NCBI GenBank assembly: GCA_036574205.1
Contig: JAINCQ010000028.1
Span: 32,001 to 96,000, forward strand
Reading direction: 5' to 3'
Length of the DNA stretch: 64,000 nucleotides
Source of the DNA: Elusimicrobiota bacterium
Lineage (GTDB): Bacteria; Elusimicrobiota; Elusimicrobia; Elusimicrobiales; UBA9959
In this document: piece by piece, positions 10,348 to 21,018 of the stretch
Position numbering within the stretch: the first letter of the stretch is position 1
How the letters are laid out: the number at the start of each line of letters is the position of its first letter
The notes under the pieces: generated by a model
What the model saw: only the letters and a program-made list of their open reading frames with translations
Told to the model about the DNA's origin: nothing
The model's database searches: none
Position numbers and translations under genes: made by a program

Positions 10348-11820
10348 ATGAAATTTGTTGAATGCGTTCCAAATTTTTCCGAAGGAAAAGATAAAAAGAA
10401 AATTGATAGCATAGTAAATGCCGCTAAAAGTGTTAGCGGGGTAATGGTGCTGGATGTTGAAAGCGATATAGACCATAATAGAACTGTTTTGACTTTTATA
10501 GCTCCAGTTGAAAATGCAGTTGATGCAATGTTTGAGGTTGCTAAAAAATCTCTTGAACTTATTGATTTAAATTATCATAAAGGGGAACACCCGAGAATGG
10601 GGGCTCTTGATGTCGCTCCTTTTATCCCAATAATAGACACAACTATTGAAGAATGCATAGATCTTGCAAAAAAATTAGGGAAAAGGATTGGAGATGAGCT
10701 TAAAATACCGGTTTATTTATACGATCAGGCCGCACAAAGAGAGGATAGAAGGGATCTGGCGAAGGTTAGAAAAGGTCAGTTTGAGGGACTTAAAGAGGAG
10801 ATAGGTAAAAATCCTGATAGGATTCCTGATTTTGGACCAAACTCAATTCATCCTACCGCTGGCGCTGTGGCTGTTGGAGCAAGGTATCAGATAGTCAATT
10901 TCAATGTTAATTTAGATACAACTGATATGAATTTTGCAAAGACTCTTGCAAAAAAAATTAGAACAAGTGGTGGAGGATTGCCGGCTTTAAGAGCGAAAGA
11001 AATATTTTTAGAATCCAAAAATCAGGTTCAGATATCCACAGTTCTTACTAACTATAGTGTAACATCAATTAAAAAAGTTCTTGATGAAATAAGAAAAGAA
11101 ATAGACCCTAAGGGTATAAAAATAACCGATACTGAGTTGATAGGACTTACTGCCCAAAAACCGCTTATAGATTATGCTATAGAAAGTTTAAATGTTAGCA
11201 ATTTTAATTATGATAATCAGGTTCTTGAAAACAAAATAACAAAGATGTTAATGCAATGGGATGTCGCGTCAAGCTTTGTGATAGAGGAGATGGCAAACTC
11301 TTCTCCAACACCCGGGGGAGGGTCTGCTGCTGCTATAAGTGGCTCTATGGGAGCGGGGCTTATTGAGATGGCTTTTTCTATAACAGCAAAATCAAAAAAA
11401 ACGCCTGAGGAGGTCAAGAAAAAGCTAATTGATTATATTAAAAAGATTTATGCCAAAAGAAAAGAGCTTGAATATCAAATAAGAGAAGATGCAAGGTCCT
11501 TTGATCTTGTTATGGCTGCTTTTAAACTACCGAAAGAAAATCCTGAAAGAGGAAAGGAAATAGAAAATGCCCTTATATATGCTGCAAATATTCCGCTTAA
11601 AACTGCCCTTTTATGCGCTCAGGTTATTGAAATTGCAAAAGAGGTAAGTGAGACAAAGGAAGAAGTAATATCAGATTATAGAAGCGGTATATATATGCTT
11701 GAATGCGCTATTAAATGCGCTCTTGAAAATGTTTATATAAATATAAAATCCATAAATAGTGAAGAGATAAAAAAGAAGATATCTGAGGAAGCATCCAGAG
11801 TTGCTATGCTTATTAAGTGA
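10348..11820 (+). CDS. ftcd: Bifunctional glutamate formimidoyltransferase / formiminotetrahydrofolate cyclodeaminase
   Basis: ECVPNFSEG, DHNRTV, HKGEHPRMGALDV; C-terminal SPTPGGGSAAA cyclodeaminase domain. Confidence 0.92.
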   Translation: MKFVECVPNFSEGKDKKKIDSIVNAAKSVSGVMVLDVESDIDHNRTVLTFIAPVENAVDAMFEVAKKSLELIDLNYHKGEHPRMGALDVAPFIPIIDTTIEECIDLAKKLGKRIGDELKIPVYLYDQAAQREDRRDLAKVRKGQFEGLKEEIGKNPDRIPDFGPNSIHPTAGAVAVGARYQIVNFNVNLDTTDMNFAKTLAKKIRTSGGGLPALRAKEIFLESKNQVQISTVLTNYSVTSIKKVLDEIRKEIDPKGIKITDTELIGLTAQKPLIDYAIESLNVSNFNYDNQVLENKITKMLMQWDVASSFVIEEMANSSPTPGGGSAAAISGSMGAGLIEMAFSITAKSKKTPEEVKKKLIDYIKKIYAKRKELEYQIREDARSFDLVMAAFKLPKENPERGKEIENALIYAANIPLKTALLCAQVIEIAKEVSETKEEVISDYRSGIYMLECAIKCALENVYINIKSINSEEIKKKISEEASRVAMLIK

Positions 11821-11834
11821 TTTTGGGAGGTTAG

Positions 11835-13475
11835 ATGAATCAGCTTGATACAATAACCAGAAGTCTTATGCTTTCAAGCCTTAAAGAATATGCAAAAAGA
11901 AAACTTACATATGATTTTATAAGGGAAAAGGATAGGGAGAATGAATGCCCCGTTGATATTTTGAGGGAAATGTATAATCCAGATATTCTTGGGATACACC
12001 TTGTTTCAATACCTCAAGAATATGGAGGACTTGGTGGAGGGACTTTTGATTTATACAGAATTTGCGAGCAGCTTGCAAAAATAGATCTTGGTATAGCTAC
12101 AAGTGTTTTTGCGACATATCTTGGTATAGATCCTATAAATGTCGGTGGGACAAAAGAGCAAAAGGCGAAATGGTTGGGAAAGATAGCCAGAGAAAGGCTT
12201 ATGGTGGCTTATGGCGCAACAGAACCAGATGCTGGGAGCGATTTAGTCAATTTGAAAACTAAAGCTGAACGTGTTATAAAAGACGGCAAAATAGTGGGAT
12301 ATAATATAACAGGGTTAAAACAGTGGATTTCAAACGGCGGAATAGCTGATTTATATACAATTCTTGCAATGGCTGAAGGAGGACCAAGCTGGTTTATAGT
12401 TGAAAGAGGAGCAGAAGGTTTTACCAGCGCTCATCATGAAGATAAGCATGGCATAAGACTTTCAAACACTGCCGGGCTTTCACTTGATTCTGTTTATGTA
12501 CCTGCTGAAAATTTAATAGGTGGTGTAGAGGGACAGGGGCTTTTACAGGCGCAGGCGGTTTTTGGATATACAAGGCTTATGGTTGCAGCTTTCGGTCTTG
12601 GTTGCGGATGGTCAGCGCTTGAAACATCTATAAGATATAGCCAGCAAAGGATTCAAGCAGGCGGGCCTCTTTCTGAAAAGCAGGGGTATACTCATAAATT
12701 AATAGTTCCAAATGCGGTAAATCTTGAAGCTTCAAGAGCATATATTGAGTATGTGGCAAATAGACTTGATAACGGTGAGCATGGACTTCAAACTGAAGGG
12801 GCAATAGCTAAATATTTTGCAACAGAAAGCGGTAATAAAGCTGCAGAGGATTCAATTCAAGCTCTTGGAGGATATGGTTATACCAGGGATTTTCCAGTAG
12901 AAAAAATTAAAAGGGATGTAAAAATTACCTGTATATATGAAGGGACAAATGAGATTATGGAAATGACAATATATAGAGGAAGGTGGCAGGAGCATTTAAA
13001 AACAAGAGGAGAGTATTATAGTAAAATGGCTGAGGAACTTGAAAAGTTGGTGGAAAAAAATAGTGACTGCGGTTTAGAAGAATCTGCTATGGCTTTAAGA
13101 ACCTTAGCGGCTGTTATGGAGGAGGCAAGGATTGGGAAACTGACAAGGCATCAATATGTAACTTTTGTTCTTGGAAAACTCATATCCATAGCAGAGCATG
13201 CTTATGTTTTTGCGAAGACAGCTATGAAAGAAAAATATAGCGAAACCATTAAATTTGATTCAAACACTTATAAAGCTATGGCAAGGATATTCGCTAAAAA
13301 TGCCGCGCTTAAAATAGCGTATGAAGGCTCTGCTTTGATATTTCAATCTGCGGAAAATGTTGGGAATTTAAGTGGGAAAATTAATCTTGAAAAAATAAAT
13401 AAAATCCAGAAAGGAGTTGTAAATGATATGGATTTAGTTGCAAAATCTTTAACTCAGGTTTTTAAATCAAGATAA
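11835..13475 (+). CDS. Acyl-CoA dehydrogenase with C-terminal extension
   Basis: YGATEPDAGSD, KQWISNGG, QALGGYGY, IYEGTNEI. Confidence 0.92.
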   Translation: MNQLDTITRSLMLSSLKEYAKRKLTYDFIREKDRENECPVDILREMYNPDILGIHLVSIPQEYGGLGGGTFDLYRICEQLAKIDLGIATSVFATYLGIDPINVGGTKEQKAKWLGKIARERLMVAYGATEPDAGSDLVNLKTKAERVIKDGKIVGYNITGLKQWISNGGIADLYTILAMAEGGPSWFIVERGAEGFTSAHHEDKHGIRLSNTAGLSLDSVYVPAENLIGGVEGQGLLQAQAVFGYTRLMVAAFGLGCGWSALETSIRYSQQRIQAGGPLSEKQGYTHKLIVPNAVNLEASRAYIEYVANRLDNGEHGLQTEGAIAKYFATESGNKAAEDSIQALGGYGYTRDFPVEKIKRDVKITCIYEGTNEIMEMTIYRGRWQEHLKTRGEYYSKMAEELEKLVEKNSDCGLEESAMALRTLAAVMEEARIGKLTRHQYVTFVLGKLISIAEHAYVFAKTAMKEKYSETIKFDSNTYKAMARIFAKNAALKIAYEGSALIFQSAENVGNLSGKINLEKINKIQKGVVNDMDLVAKSLTQVFKSR

Positions 13476-13491
13476 TTTTAAGGAGTAGAAT

Positions 13492-14283
13492 ATGAATATA
13501 TATGTTTGTATAAAACAGGTTCCAGATAGCACAGAGGTTAAAATTAATCCGGAAACGGGGACGCTTATAAGAGCGGGTGTCCCATCTATACTTAATCCTT
13601 ATGATCATTTTGCTGTTATGACTGCTGTAAATATCAAAAAATCCAATCCACGAGCGGTAGTTAATGTGATATCAATGGGACCTCCGCAGGCAAAAGAAGT
13701 GATTCAGCTGGCGCTTGCTCTCGGAGCTGATAAGGGGTATCTTTTAAGCGATATGGCTTTTGCGGGCTCTGACACATGGGCGACAGCTTATGCCCTGTCT
13801 TCCGCAATTAGAAAAATAGGAAAATTTGATCTTATAATATGCGGGATGCAGGCTATAGATGGAGATACTGCTCAGGTTGGGCCTCAGATAGCCGCTCAAC
13901 TAAATATAGAGCAAATAACATTCTGCGATTCAATAAATATAGAAGGCAATAAAATTATAGCCAAAAAACACATAGATGATGGTTATGATATAGTTGAAGC
14001 TAATCTTCCGGTGCTTGTTACAATGGTTATGCCAAAAGACTTTGAATTAGCTTTTCCATCATTTGTTCATATAAAGAATGCTCTTTCAAAAGAGATAAAT
14101 GTTTATTCTGCTGATAATATAGGAGTTAATAAAGAATTAGTAGGACTTAAGGGTTCTCCAACTCAGGTAAACAGAATATATCCACCTAAAAGAGAGGTTA
14201 AGACAACATTTATAAATACTACTTCAGTAGAAGCGGTTGATCGTATAGTTGAGATATTGAAACAGGAAAATTTTATAAAATAG
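13492..14283 (+). CDS. etfB: Electron transfer flavoprotein beta subunit
   Basis: VCIKQVPD, AGSDTWAT, QAIDGDTAQVGP, GLKGSPT. Confidence 0.95.
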   Translation: MNIYVCIKQVPDSTEVKINPETGTLIRAGVPSILNPYDHFAVMTAVNIKKSNPRAVVNVISMGPPQAKEVIQLALALGADKGYLLSDMAFAGSDTWATAYALSSAIRKIGKFDLIICGMQAIDGDTAQVGPQIAAQLNIEQITFCDSINIEGNKIIAKKHIDDGYDIVEANLPVLVTMVMPKDFELAFPSFVHIKNALSKEINVYSADNIGVNKELVGLKGSPTQVNRIYPPKREVKTTFINTTSVEAVDRIVEILKQENFIK

Positions 14284-14295
14284 CGGAGGTATGAA

Positions 14296-15522
14296 ATGGC
14301 AATAGCTGTTTTATCAAATTGTATAGGTTGCTCTAAATGCGTTGCTTCATGTCCCTTTGAGGCGATATCAATCTCCAATAAGAAAGCTGTTATAGATTTG
14401 ACTAAATGCACTTTATGCGGCGCTTGTGTCCCTGTTTGTCCTGTTAAATCTATAGTTATATCCAGAGATACGGAAAAAAAAGATTTAAGCGACTGGCGGG
14501 ATGTATGGGTTTTTGTGGAATTTGAAGATAATATTAATCCAAAAGAGCAAGGAGAAATTAAAAAAGTATCTTTTGAGTTAGTTTCCAAGGCAAGGGAACT
14601 TGCTGATAAACTACATCAAAATCTTTGTGTGGTTGTTTTGACTGATAAAAACAGAGAATATGAAAAGATTTTTTCAGAGTATGGTGTAAATAAAATGTAT
14701 ATTGTGGAAAATGAGGAATTTCTGCCTTATAATACCTCAATTTCATCCCTTGCGCTTACCGCATTAATAAATAAATATAAGCCAGCTGTTGTTCTTTTTG
14801 GAGCCACATATAAGGGACGGGACCTTGCGCCTCATATAGCATCTAAACTTTATGTAGGCCTTACCGCTGATTGTACTGGACTTGATATAAACAAAGATGG
14901 ACATCTTGTACAGTCTCGTCCAGCTTTTGGCGTAAACATTATGGCAGATATATTATCCCCCAATTCAAGACCTCAGATGGCAACTGTAAGACCTAATGTA
15001 ATGAAAGTGGTGAAATCAACTTCTGTGCCAGTTGAGGTAATAAAAGAAGATATTAAAATAAATCCTGGCATAAGAAAAGTAAAACTAGTGGAAAGGCATA
15101 AAGAGGAACATAAAGGTTATGTTAAAATTGAAAATGCGGATATAATAGTGTCAGGTGGAAGGGGATTGAAAACAAAAGAGAAATTTGAAGTCCTTCATGA
15201 ACTTGCCGCTCTTTTAGATGCAAGTGTTGGCGCTTCAAGAGCTGCGGTTGACAGCGGCTTTATAGATAAAAAACATCAGGTAGGTCAAAGCGGAACTACT
15301 GTTAGACCAAGGCTTTATATGGCTTTTGGGATATCCGGCGCTGTTCAACATCTTGTTGGAATGAGAAACTCAGATGTTATAATAGCTGTTAATAAAGACC
15401 CTAATGCAATGATATTTACAGTCTCTCAATACGCTGTTATAGGGGATGCGCAGGATATAATAAAAAAGCTTATAGAAAAGCTTAAAGCTGCGAAAGAGTC
15501 GCGATTAAAAACTGGTAGCTGA
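14296..15522 (+). CDS. etfA: Electron transfer flavoprotein alpha subunit with N-terminal 2[4Fe-4S] ferredoxin domain
   Basis: CIGCSKCVASCP and CTLCGACVPVCP; GLTADCT, VSGGRG, QVGQSG, GISGAVQH. Confidence 0.95.
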   Translation: MAIAVLSNCIGCSKCVASCPFEAISISNKKAVIDLTKCTLCGACVPVCPVKSIVISRDTEKKDLSDWRDVWVFVEFEDNINPKEQGEIKKVSFELVSKARELADKLHQNLCVVVLTDKNREYEKIFSEYGVNKMYIVENEEFLPYNTSISSLALTALINKYKPAVVLFGATYKGRDLAPHIASKLYVGLTADCTGLDINKDGHLVQSRPAFGVNIMADILSPNSRPQMATVRPNVMKVVKSTSVPVEVIKEDIKINPGIRKVKLVERHKEEHKGYVKIENADIIVSGGRGLKTKEKFEVLHELAALLDASVGASRAAVDSGFIDKKHQVGQSGTTVRPRLYMAFGISGAVQHLVGMRNSDVIIAVNKDPNAMIFTVSQYAVIGDAQDIIKKLIEKLKAAKESRLKTGS

Positions 15523-15599
15523 ATAAGTTGTTGTTATTTTTGGTGGAAATAAGAACTGCGAAGTAATCTGATCAATTACTTTTAATACTTCGTGATACT

Positions 15600-17570
15600 A
15601 TGGGTGGGATATTTAGGAAATTTTTTAATACGATAATAGGTGTTGGTTTTTTACCAATAATTTTTGTTCTTATTATAATTTTCTATTACCAGTCTGTTTC
15701 AAAAAAAAATCTTATAAACAATTATCAAAGGTTATGCGATTTATATGCCGTTTCTTCTTATGAAAGTATAAATAATTTTGCAACCCGGCTTGATTATTTA
15801 TATTATCTAAGAAGTGTATATAAGGATGATTCTATTTTCCTTAAAAAAATAATAGAAAAATATGAAGAGGTTGTCTTTGTTGCTCTTCTCAACTCTTCAG
15901 GCAAAGAAAGCATGAGATATTCTGTTGAGGGTTTTTCAAAATTATTTCCCGTGATAGACATATCTTCTGAGGATTATTTTGCAAGAATAAAGGATTCTGA
16001 TAGAGGCGTTATAGGTAATTTTCAGATTGTAAAAGACTGGCCAATAGCAAGTATAGTCTATCCTGTTGGAAAAGATTTTGTGTATGTTGTAGTTAACCTT
16101 AGAAAGTTTTTTTCTAATGTGTATAAAACAAGAATAGGGAATACTGGTTTTGCTTTCTTTTTAAGCGAGGGTGGGGTAGTTTTAAGCGATATTGATGTTA
16201 ACATTGGATATAAAGAGATGAATAAAATTACCCAAAACCTTTATGGAAACGCTGAAATTTTTATTAATGGGAAAAATTATTTTTCCGTTTTTAGAAAAAT
16301 AGCCGATCTTGAGTTGTATCTGGTGCTTTCAATGCAAAAGGAAGAATTTTTTAGAGATATAAACCTGATATTCTACTCAATGCTATTTTTGATATTTCTG
16401 GTTTTAACTGTTTCTTATTATATAGCTTTTGTAACATCCAGAAATCTTGCCAGACCCATTTCTGCGCTTATATCAGCAAGCGAAAGAGTTTCTAACGGAG
16501 TTTTTAACGAGCCTGTTGTTGAAAGAAGCGATTTTAAGGAATTTAATGATCTTCTTAAAGTTTTTAATTCAATGATGATAAGGCTTGGAGAATATAATAA
16601 TTTACAGATAGATAAAATAAAAGACGAAAGAGAAAAACTTTATACCATAACTAACAGTCTCAAAGATGCTATTATACTTATTGATTTTAATGGGGATGTT
16701 GTTTATTCAAATAAACAGGCGGAAGAAATTTTCAATGGGGATTTTAAAATAATAAAAGAAAATATAGGTATAATAGATAATAAAAACGAAAGTTTAAACA
16801 GGATAATAAATATTAAAGATAAATATTTTGAGATTTACTCTGATATTATAAATCTTACAAGGGGAAAACCCTTAAAACTTGCGGTTGCAAGAGATGTTAC
16901 ACTTGAAATGAATATATATAAGGTTAAGGAGGATTTATTTCGCTCTATAGCGCATGATTTGAGAAATCCTCTTTTGAATATGCAGGGTTATATCAAGCTG
17001 CTTTCCTATGATGCCGATGAGAAATCAAGGCGATACATAGATGGGCTTAAAAACGAAAGCGAGATTGTTTTTAGAATGATTGAAAATATTCTTGATATGT
17101 CACGAATAGAAAATAAAAAACTTGAATTGAAAATCTCTAAGACCAATATTGTTGAGTTTGCAAAAAAGCTTGCTGAAAGATATGATATAAGGGCAAAAAG
17201 CAAGAATATATTTTTTGAATTGGATATTCCCTCAGAGCCGATATATGCCGCAATAGATGAGGAGCTTTTTTCGCGCGCAGTTGATAATATTCTTTCAAAC
17301 GCTTTTAAATATACTGATGAAGGTGGAAGGGTAAAATTTCAAATTGTTTGCTCAGATAAAATTTATATAATTATAGATGACACAGGTAAAGGAATTGATC
17401 CCTTAATGTTGAAAAATATTTTTGACAGGTTTAAGACAACCTCAAAAGACGGTTTTGGACTTGGTCTGAGCATAGCTAAGACAATAATAGATATGCATAG
17501 GGCTTCAATAAAAGTTGAGTCTGAGTTGTCAAAAGGAACTAAGTTTACTATTTCTCTGGATAAGGTATAG
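15600..17570 (+). CDS. Membrane sensor histidine kinase (Cache-like, HAMP, PAS-like, HisKA, HATPase)
   Basis: Two TM helices; IAHDLRNPL, NILSNAFKY, DTGKGI, GFGLGL. Confidence 0.92.
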   Translation: MGGIFRKFFNTIIGVGFLPIIFVLIIIFYYQSVSKKNLINNYQRLCDLYAVSSYESINNFATRLDYLYYLRSVYKDDSIFLKKIIEKYEEVVFVALLNSSGKESMRYSVEGFSKLFPVIDISSEDYFARIKDSDRGVIGNFQIVKDWPIASIVYPVGKDFVYVVVNLRKFFSNVYKTRIGNTGFAFFLSEGGVVLSDIDVNIGYKEMNKITQNLYGNAEIFINGKNYFSVFRKIADLELYLVLSMQKEEFFRDINLIFYSMLFLIFLVLTVSYYIAFVTSRNLARPISALISASERVSNGVFNEPVVERSDFKEFNDLLKVFNSMMIRLGEYNNLQIDKIKDEREKLYTITNSLKDAIILIDFNGDVVYSNKQAEEIFNGDFKIIKENIGIIDNKNESLNRIINIKDKYFEIYSDIINLTRGKPLKLAVARDVTLEMNIYKVKEDLFRSIAHDLRNPLLNMQGYIKLLSYDADEKSRRYIDGLKNESEIVFRMIENILDMSRIENKKLELKISKTNIVEFAKKLAERYDIRAKSKNIFFELDIPSEPIYAAIDEELFSRAVDNILSNAFKYTDEGGRVKFQIVCSDKIYIIIDDTGKGIDPLMLKNIFDRFKTTSKDGFGLGLSIAKTIIDMHRASIKVESELSKGTKFTISLDKV

Positions 17571-19679
17571 ATGAAGATATTTAAGAAAGAATATAAATCT
17601 GTTTATATAGTTGGAATAGTTTTTAGTTTTATATTTACAATTTTTTACCTTATAGATTTTGAACTTTCTCAATCTCTCTTTTTTTCATCCCTTGAGAAAA
17701 AATGGCATGACACTAAATTTTATAGTGCGATTGATATATTAAGGGATCTACATATTTTTCCTCAACTTAAAGAGCCGGACAAAAGGATAATAATAGTTGG
17801 CATTGATGATAAAACACTTGAGTCTTATGGCTGGCCTATGCCAAGGAGATATTATAAGCCTTTGATTGAGAATCTCAATAAATATGGCGCAAGGGTAATT
17901 GGATTTGATATTATGTTTTTTGACCCGGATAAAAGGGATCCAGAAAATGATAAAATTTTATCTCAAACTGTCAGGGAAAATAAAAATGTTGTTCTTGCTG
18001 TCTCTGTCGGAGATAACGCAAATATTAATCTTCCAATGAAGGTTCTTCTTGAAAACACTACTAACCTTGCATCTCTTTCAGCATCAACTATGATAGACTC
18101 TGACGGGAAAATAAGGAAAATTTATCCTTTTCTTACAGCTATGAACTTTGAAGGTGAAGAGAAGGTTTATTATTATAAAGATGTTTGTCCCGGGTGTGGG
18201 GATATTTCAGAAATTGGCCTTCCACTTTTAGGAACATACCTTTATTCTTTTTATAGCGGAATAAGCTTAAAGGATTTATATCAAAAATGGCATAGCGAAT
18301 GGGGGGATAAATCCTTTCTTATTAATTTCAGGAAAACTAGAGAAAAATCCTTAACTGTTTTTTACGATTATATTTCTGTTAAAGATGTAATAGAGGATAC
18401 TTTAAGCGATGAGGAAAAAAATAAACTTAAAGGAGCTATAATCCTTGTAGGTTCTATATCTCAGGGAACATTTGACCATTTTCCAACTCCAGCATCTGAA
18501 CATACTCCGGGGATAGAAGTTCATGCGCTTGCGATAGATAATCTTCTAAACAACGATTACCTTTTAAAGACTAAATTTTATATTTTCTTTCCAATTTTTT
18601 TGTTTTATATATGGTTGCCAGTATTATTGATAAAAAATAATGTTTTGAAACTTACTTTATATGATTTTGCTTTTTTGGTTATTCCTCTATTTTTAAGTGT
18701 GAGTTTAATAAAATATAGATACGATTTTTATTTTATAACCTATCTTATCCCAAATCTTATAAGCTATACTTATGTAGTAGCGTATAAATCCATTGTTGAA
18801 GATAAACAAAAAAGGTGGATTAAAAATACATTTTCACAATATCTCTCTCCAGAGGTGGTTGATATTCTTGTAAGTGATCCGAGCAAACTAAAACTTGGTG
18901 GAGAGAAGAAAGATATGACTATATTTTTTATGGATATAGCAGGTTTTACTTCTATAAGCGAAAAATTATCACCTGAAGAAGTCACAAATCTTTTAAATAT
19001 TTATCTATCTGAGTTAAGCGATGTTATTTTAGCTTATAAGGGAGTTATAGATAAATATATTGGAGATTGTATTATGGCATTCTGGAATGCTCCTGTTGAT
19101 TTGAAAAATCACAGGACTTACGCTGTAAAATCAGCAATTAAATGTTTGGATAAAGTAAGAGAGTTAAATTCCAGAAATAGTGGCACAAGCGGGATAAATG
19201 TAAGAATAGGAATAAACAGTGGGGATGCGGTTGTTGGTAATATGGGTTCAAATAAGAGATTTTCATATACTGTTCTTGGAGATACTGTTAATTTAGCTTC
19301 AAGGCTTGAGGGAGCAAATAAATATTTCCACACCAATGTGATGGTAAGTGATGATGTTTATAAAGAGGCAAAGGAAGAAATAGTTTTCAAATATATTGGT
19401 GATATTCTTGTTGTTGGAAAAGCTCAAAGTGTAAAGGTTTGGGAGCCTTATAAGGAAATAAAGGATATGAATGATGAAGATAAAGAGTTTATCAAAAACT
19501 TTGAAAATGGCATAAAATATTTCTATGATGGAGATTATCCTAAAAGCGCCGATTTTTTTAAATCCGCTTTAAGACTAAAAGAAGATGCTCTTTCAAGGTT
19601 TTATTTTGAACTTTCTCAAGAATTTTTGAAAAAAGGCAATGATGGTTTTAATGGAATTTTTAATATAAGGAGTAAATAA
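17571..19679 (+). CDS. CHASE2-domain class III adenylate cyclase
   Basis: IVGIDD..WPMPR and PGIEVHA (CHASE2); 3 TM; FMDIAGFT, DKYIGDCIMAFW, YTVLGDTVNLASRLEG. Confidence 0.93.
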   Translation: MKIFKKEYKSVYIVGIVFSFIFTIFYLIDFELSQSLFFSSLEKKWHDTKFYSAIDILRDLHIFPQLKEPDKRIIIVGIDDKTLESYGWPMPRRYYKPLIENLNKYGARVIGFDIMFFDPDKRDPENDKILSQTVRENKNVVLAVSVGDNANINLPMKVLLENTTNLASLSASTMIDSDGKIRKIYPFLTAMNFEGEEKVYYYKDVCPGCGDISEIGLPLLGTYLYSFYSGISLKDLYQKWHSEWGDKSFLINFRKTREKSLTVFYDYISVKDVIEDTLSDEEKNKLKGAIILVGSISQGTFDHFPTPASEHTPGIEVHALAIDNLLNNDYLLKTKFYIFFPIFLFYIWLPVLLIKNNVLKLTLYDFAFLVIPLFLSVSLIKYRYDFYFITYLIPNLISYTYVVAYKSIVEDKQKRWIKNTFSQYLSPEVVDILVSDPSKLKLGGEKKDMTIFFMDIAGFTSISEKLSPEEVTNLLNIYLSELSDVILAYKGVIDKYIGDCIMAFWNAPVDLKNHRTYAVKSAIKCLDKVRELNSRNSGTSGINVRIGINSGDAVVGNMGSNKRFSYTVLGDTVNLASRLEGANKYFHTNVMVSDDVYKEAKEEIVFKYIGDILVVGKAQSVKVWEPYKEIKDMNDEDKEFIKNFENGIKYFYDGDYPKSADFFKSALRLKEDALSRFYFELSQEFLKKGNDGFNGIFNIRSK

Positions 19680-19680
19680 G

Positions 19681-20385
19681 ATGGATATATTCTGGCGGCT
19701 TTCTTTAAGCCATTTAATAGCTGATTTTACACTTCAAACAAACTGGATAAATAGAATGAAAAGGGAAAATGTAAAAGGAGTAATTATACATGTTCTTGTT
19801 CATATAATAGTTACAACATTACTTCTTACTCCTTACCTTGATAAGCTCTGGTTTAATTTTTATAATTTCAAATTAACCGGATATGCCATGATACTTATCA
19901 TATGCTTTTTTCATTTTATAATAGACCAGACAAGGGTTTATGCCATAAAAAACAAGATATATCCTGATAATACAATAAGCTTTATAGCTGATCAAATTTT
20001 TCATTTTTATTTTATTTTTTTATTCACTCCTTTTGTAAACGTTCCAATAGATTTTTCAGGAGAAAAAATAATTATGCTTTTCACATTTCTCGTTATTATC
20101 ACTCATACGACCACTATTTTTGTTTATTATATAGAAAAAGATTTGAGTAACTTGCCTTTTCCGAGCTTTGATCAAAAATATTTCATGATTTTTGAAAGAG
20201 TGGTTATATGGGCATTTTTTCTTCTTAATGGATGGTGGTGGGTGTTTTTACTTGCTGCCTGGATTTATCAGCTTTATTATTTTAAAAAGAAAAAAATAAT
20301 AGATATAACTAATGTTAATTTTTATATTAGTGTAATATTTTCTATGTTCTTTGGAATTTTATCAAGGCATTTTTATTATAAGTAG
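19681..20385 (+). CDS. DUF3307-like membrane protein
   Basis: HLIADFTLQ, H...H, HFIID, DQIFH motifs. Confidence 0.75.
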   Translation: MDIFWRLSLSHLIADFTLQTNWINRMKRENVKGVIIHVLVHIIVTTLLLTPYLDKLWFNFYNFKLTGYAMILIICFFHFIIDQTRVYAIKNKIYPDNTISFIADQIFHFYFIFLFTPFVNVPIDFSGEKIIMLFTFLVIITHTTTIFVYYIEKDLSNLPFPSFDQKYFMIFERVVIWAFFLLNGWWWVFLLAAWIYQLYYFKKKKIIDITNVNFYISVIFSMFFGILSRHFYYK

Positions 20386-20493
20386 ATTTTTTATATTTAT
20401 AAGCGAAATAATTTAGTATGTATTAATTTTAGGTTAAATTAAAGGGAAAGTTCGTGATCTTACAGGCTTTATTGAGTATTTAAATATAGAAAT

Positions 20494-21018
20494 ATGAGTA
20501 TTATTATTAAAAAAGGAGATATAACAAAAGAAAATGTTGACGCAATAGTAAATGCGGCAAATTCAAGCCTTTCAGGTGGTGGTGGAGTGGATGGCGCCAT
20601 ACATAGAGCCGCAGGTCCTGAGCTTTCTAAAAAATGTTTTGAGATTATAAAAAAAATCAAAGTTCTTTCTCCGGGCGAATGTGTAATAACGCCTGCTTAT
20701 AATATATCAAATGTTAAATACATAATACACACAGTCGGTCCTATATGGCGTGGCGGAGATTTTAATGAAGAAAATATTTTAAGAAGTTGTTATGAAAACT
20801 GCTTTAAACTTGCGCGCGCCAATAACATAAAAACTATAGCTTTTCCATCTATTTCCACGGGCGCTTATGGTTATCCTGTGGAAAAAGCTGCAAAGATAGC
20901 AATAAGATCGGCTATAAGTAATAAAGAATTTTTTGATAAAATTATACTTATAACGTTCAGCGATTTTGATTTTAATGTTTATGAAAAAGAGATTGGAAAC
21001 TATGAAAATTGGGATTAA
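20494..21018 (+). CDS. Macro-domain O-acetyl-ADP-ribose deacetylase (YmdB-like)
   Basis: GDIT, DAIVNAAN, GGGGVDGAIH, IAFPSISTGAYGYP. Confidence 0.92.
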   Translation: MSIIIKKGDITKENVDAIVNAANSSLSGGGGVDGAIHRAAGPELSKKCFEIIKKIKVLSPGECVITPAYNISNVKYIIHTVGPIWRGGDFNEENILRSCYENCFKLARANNIKTIAFPSISTGAYGYPVEKAAKIAIRSAISNKEFFDKIILITFSDFDFNVYEKEIGNYENWD

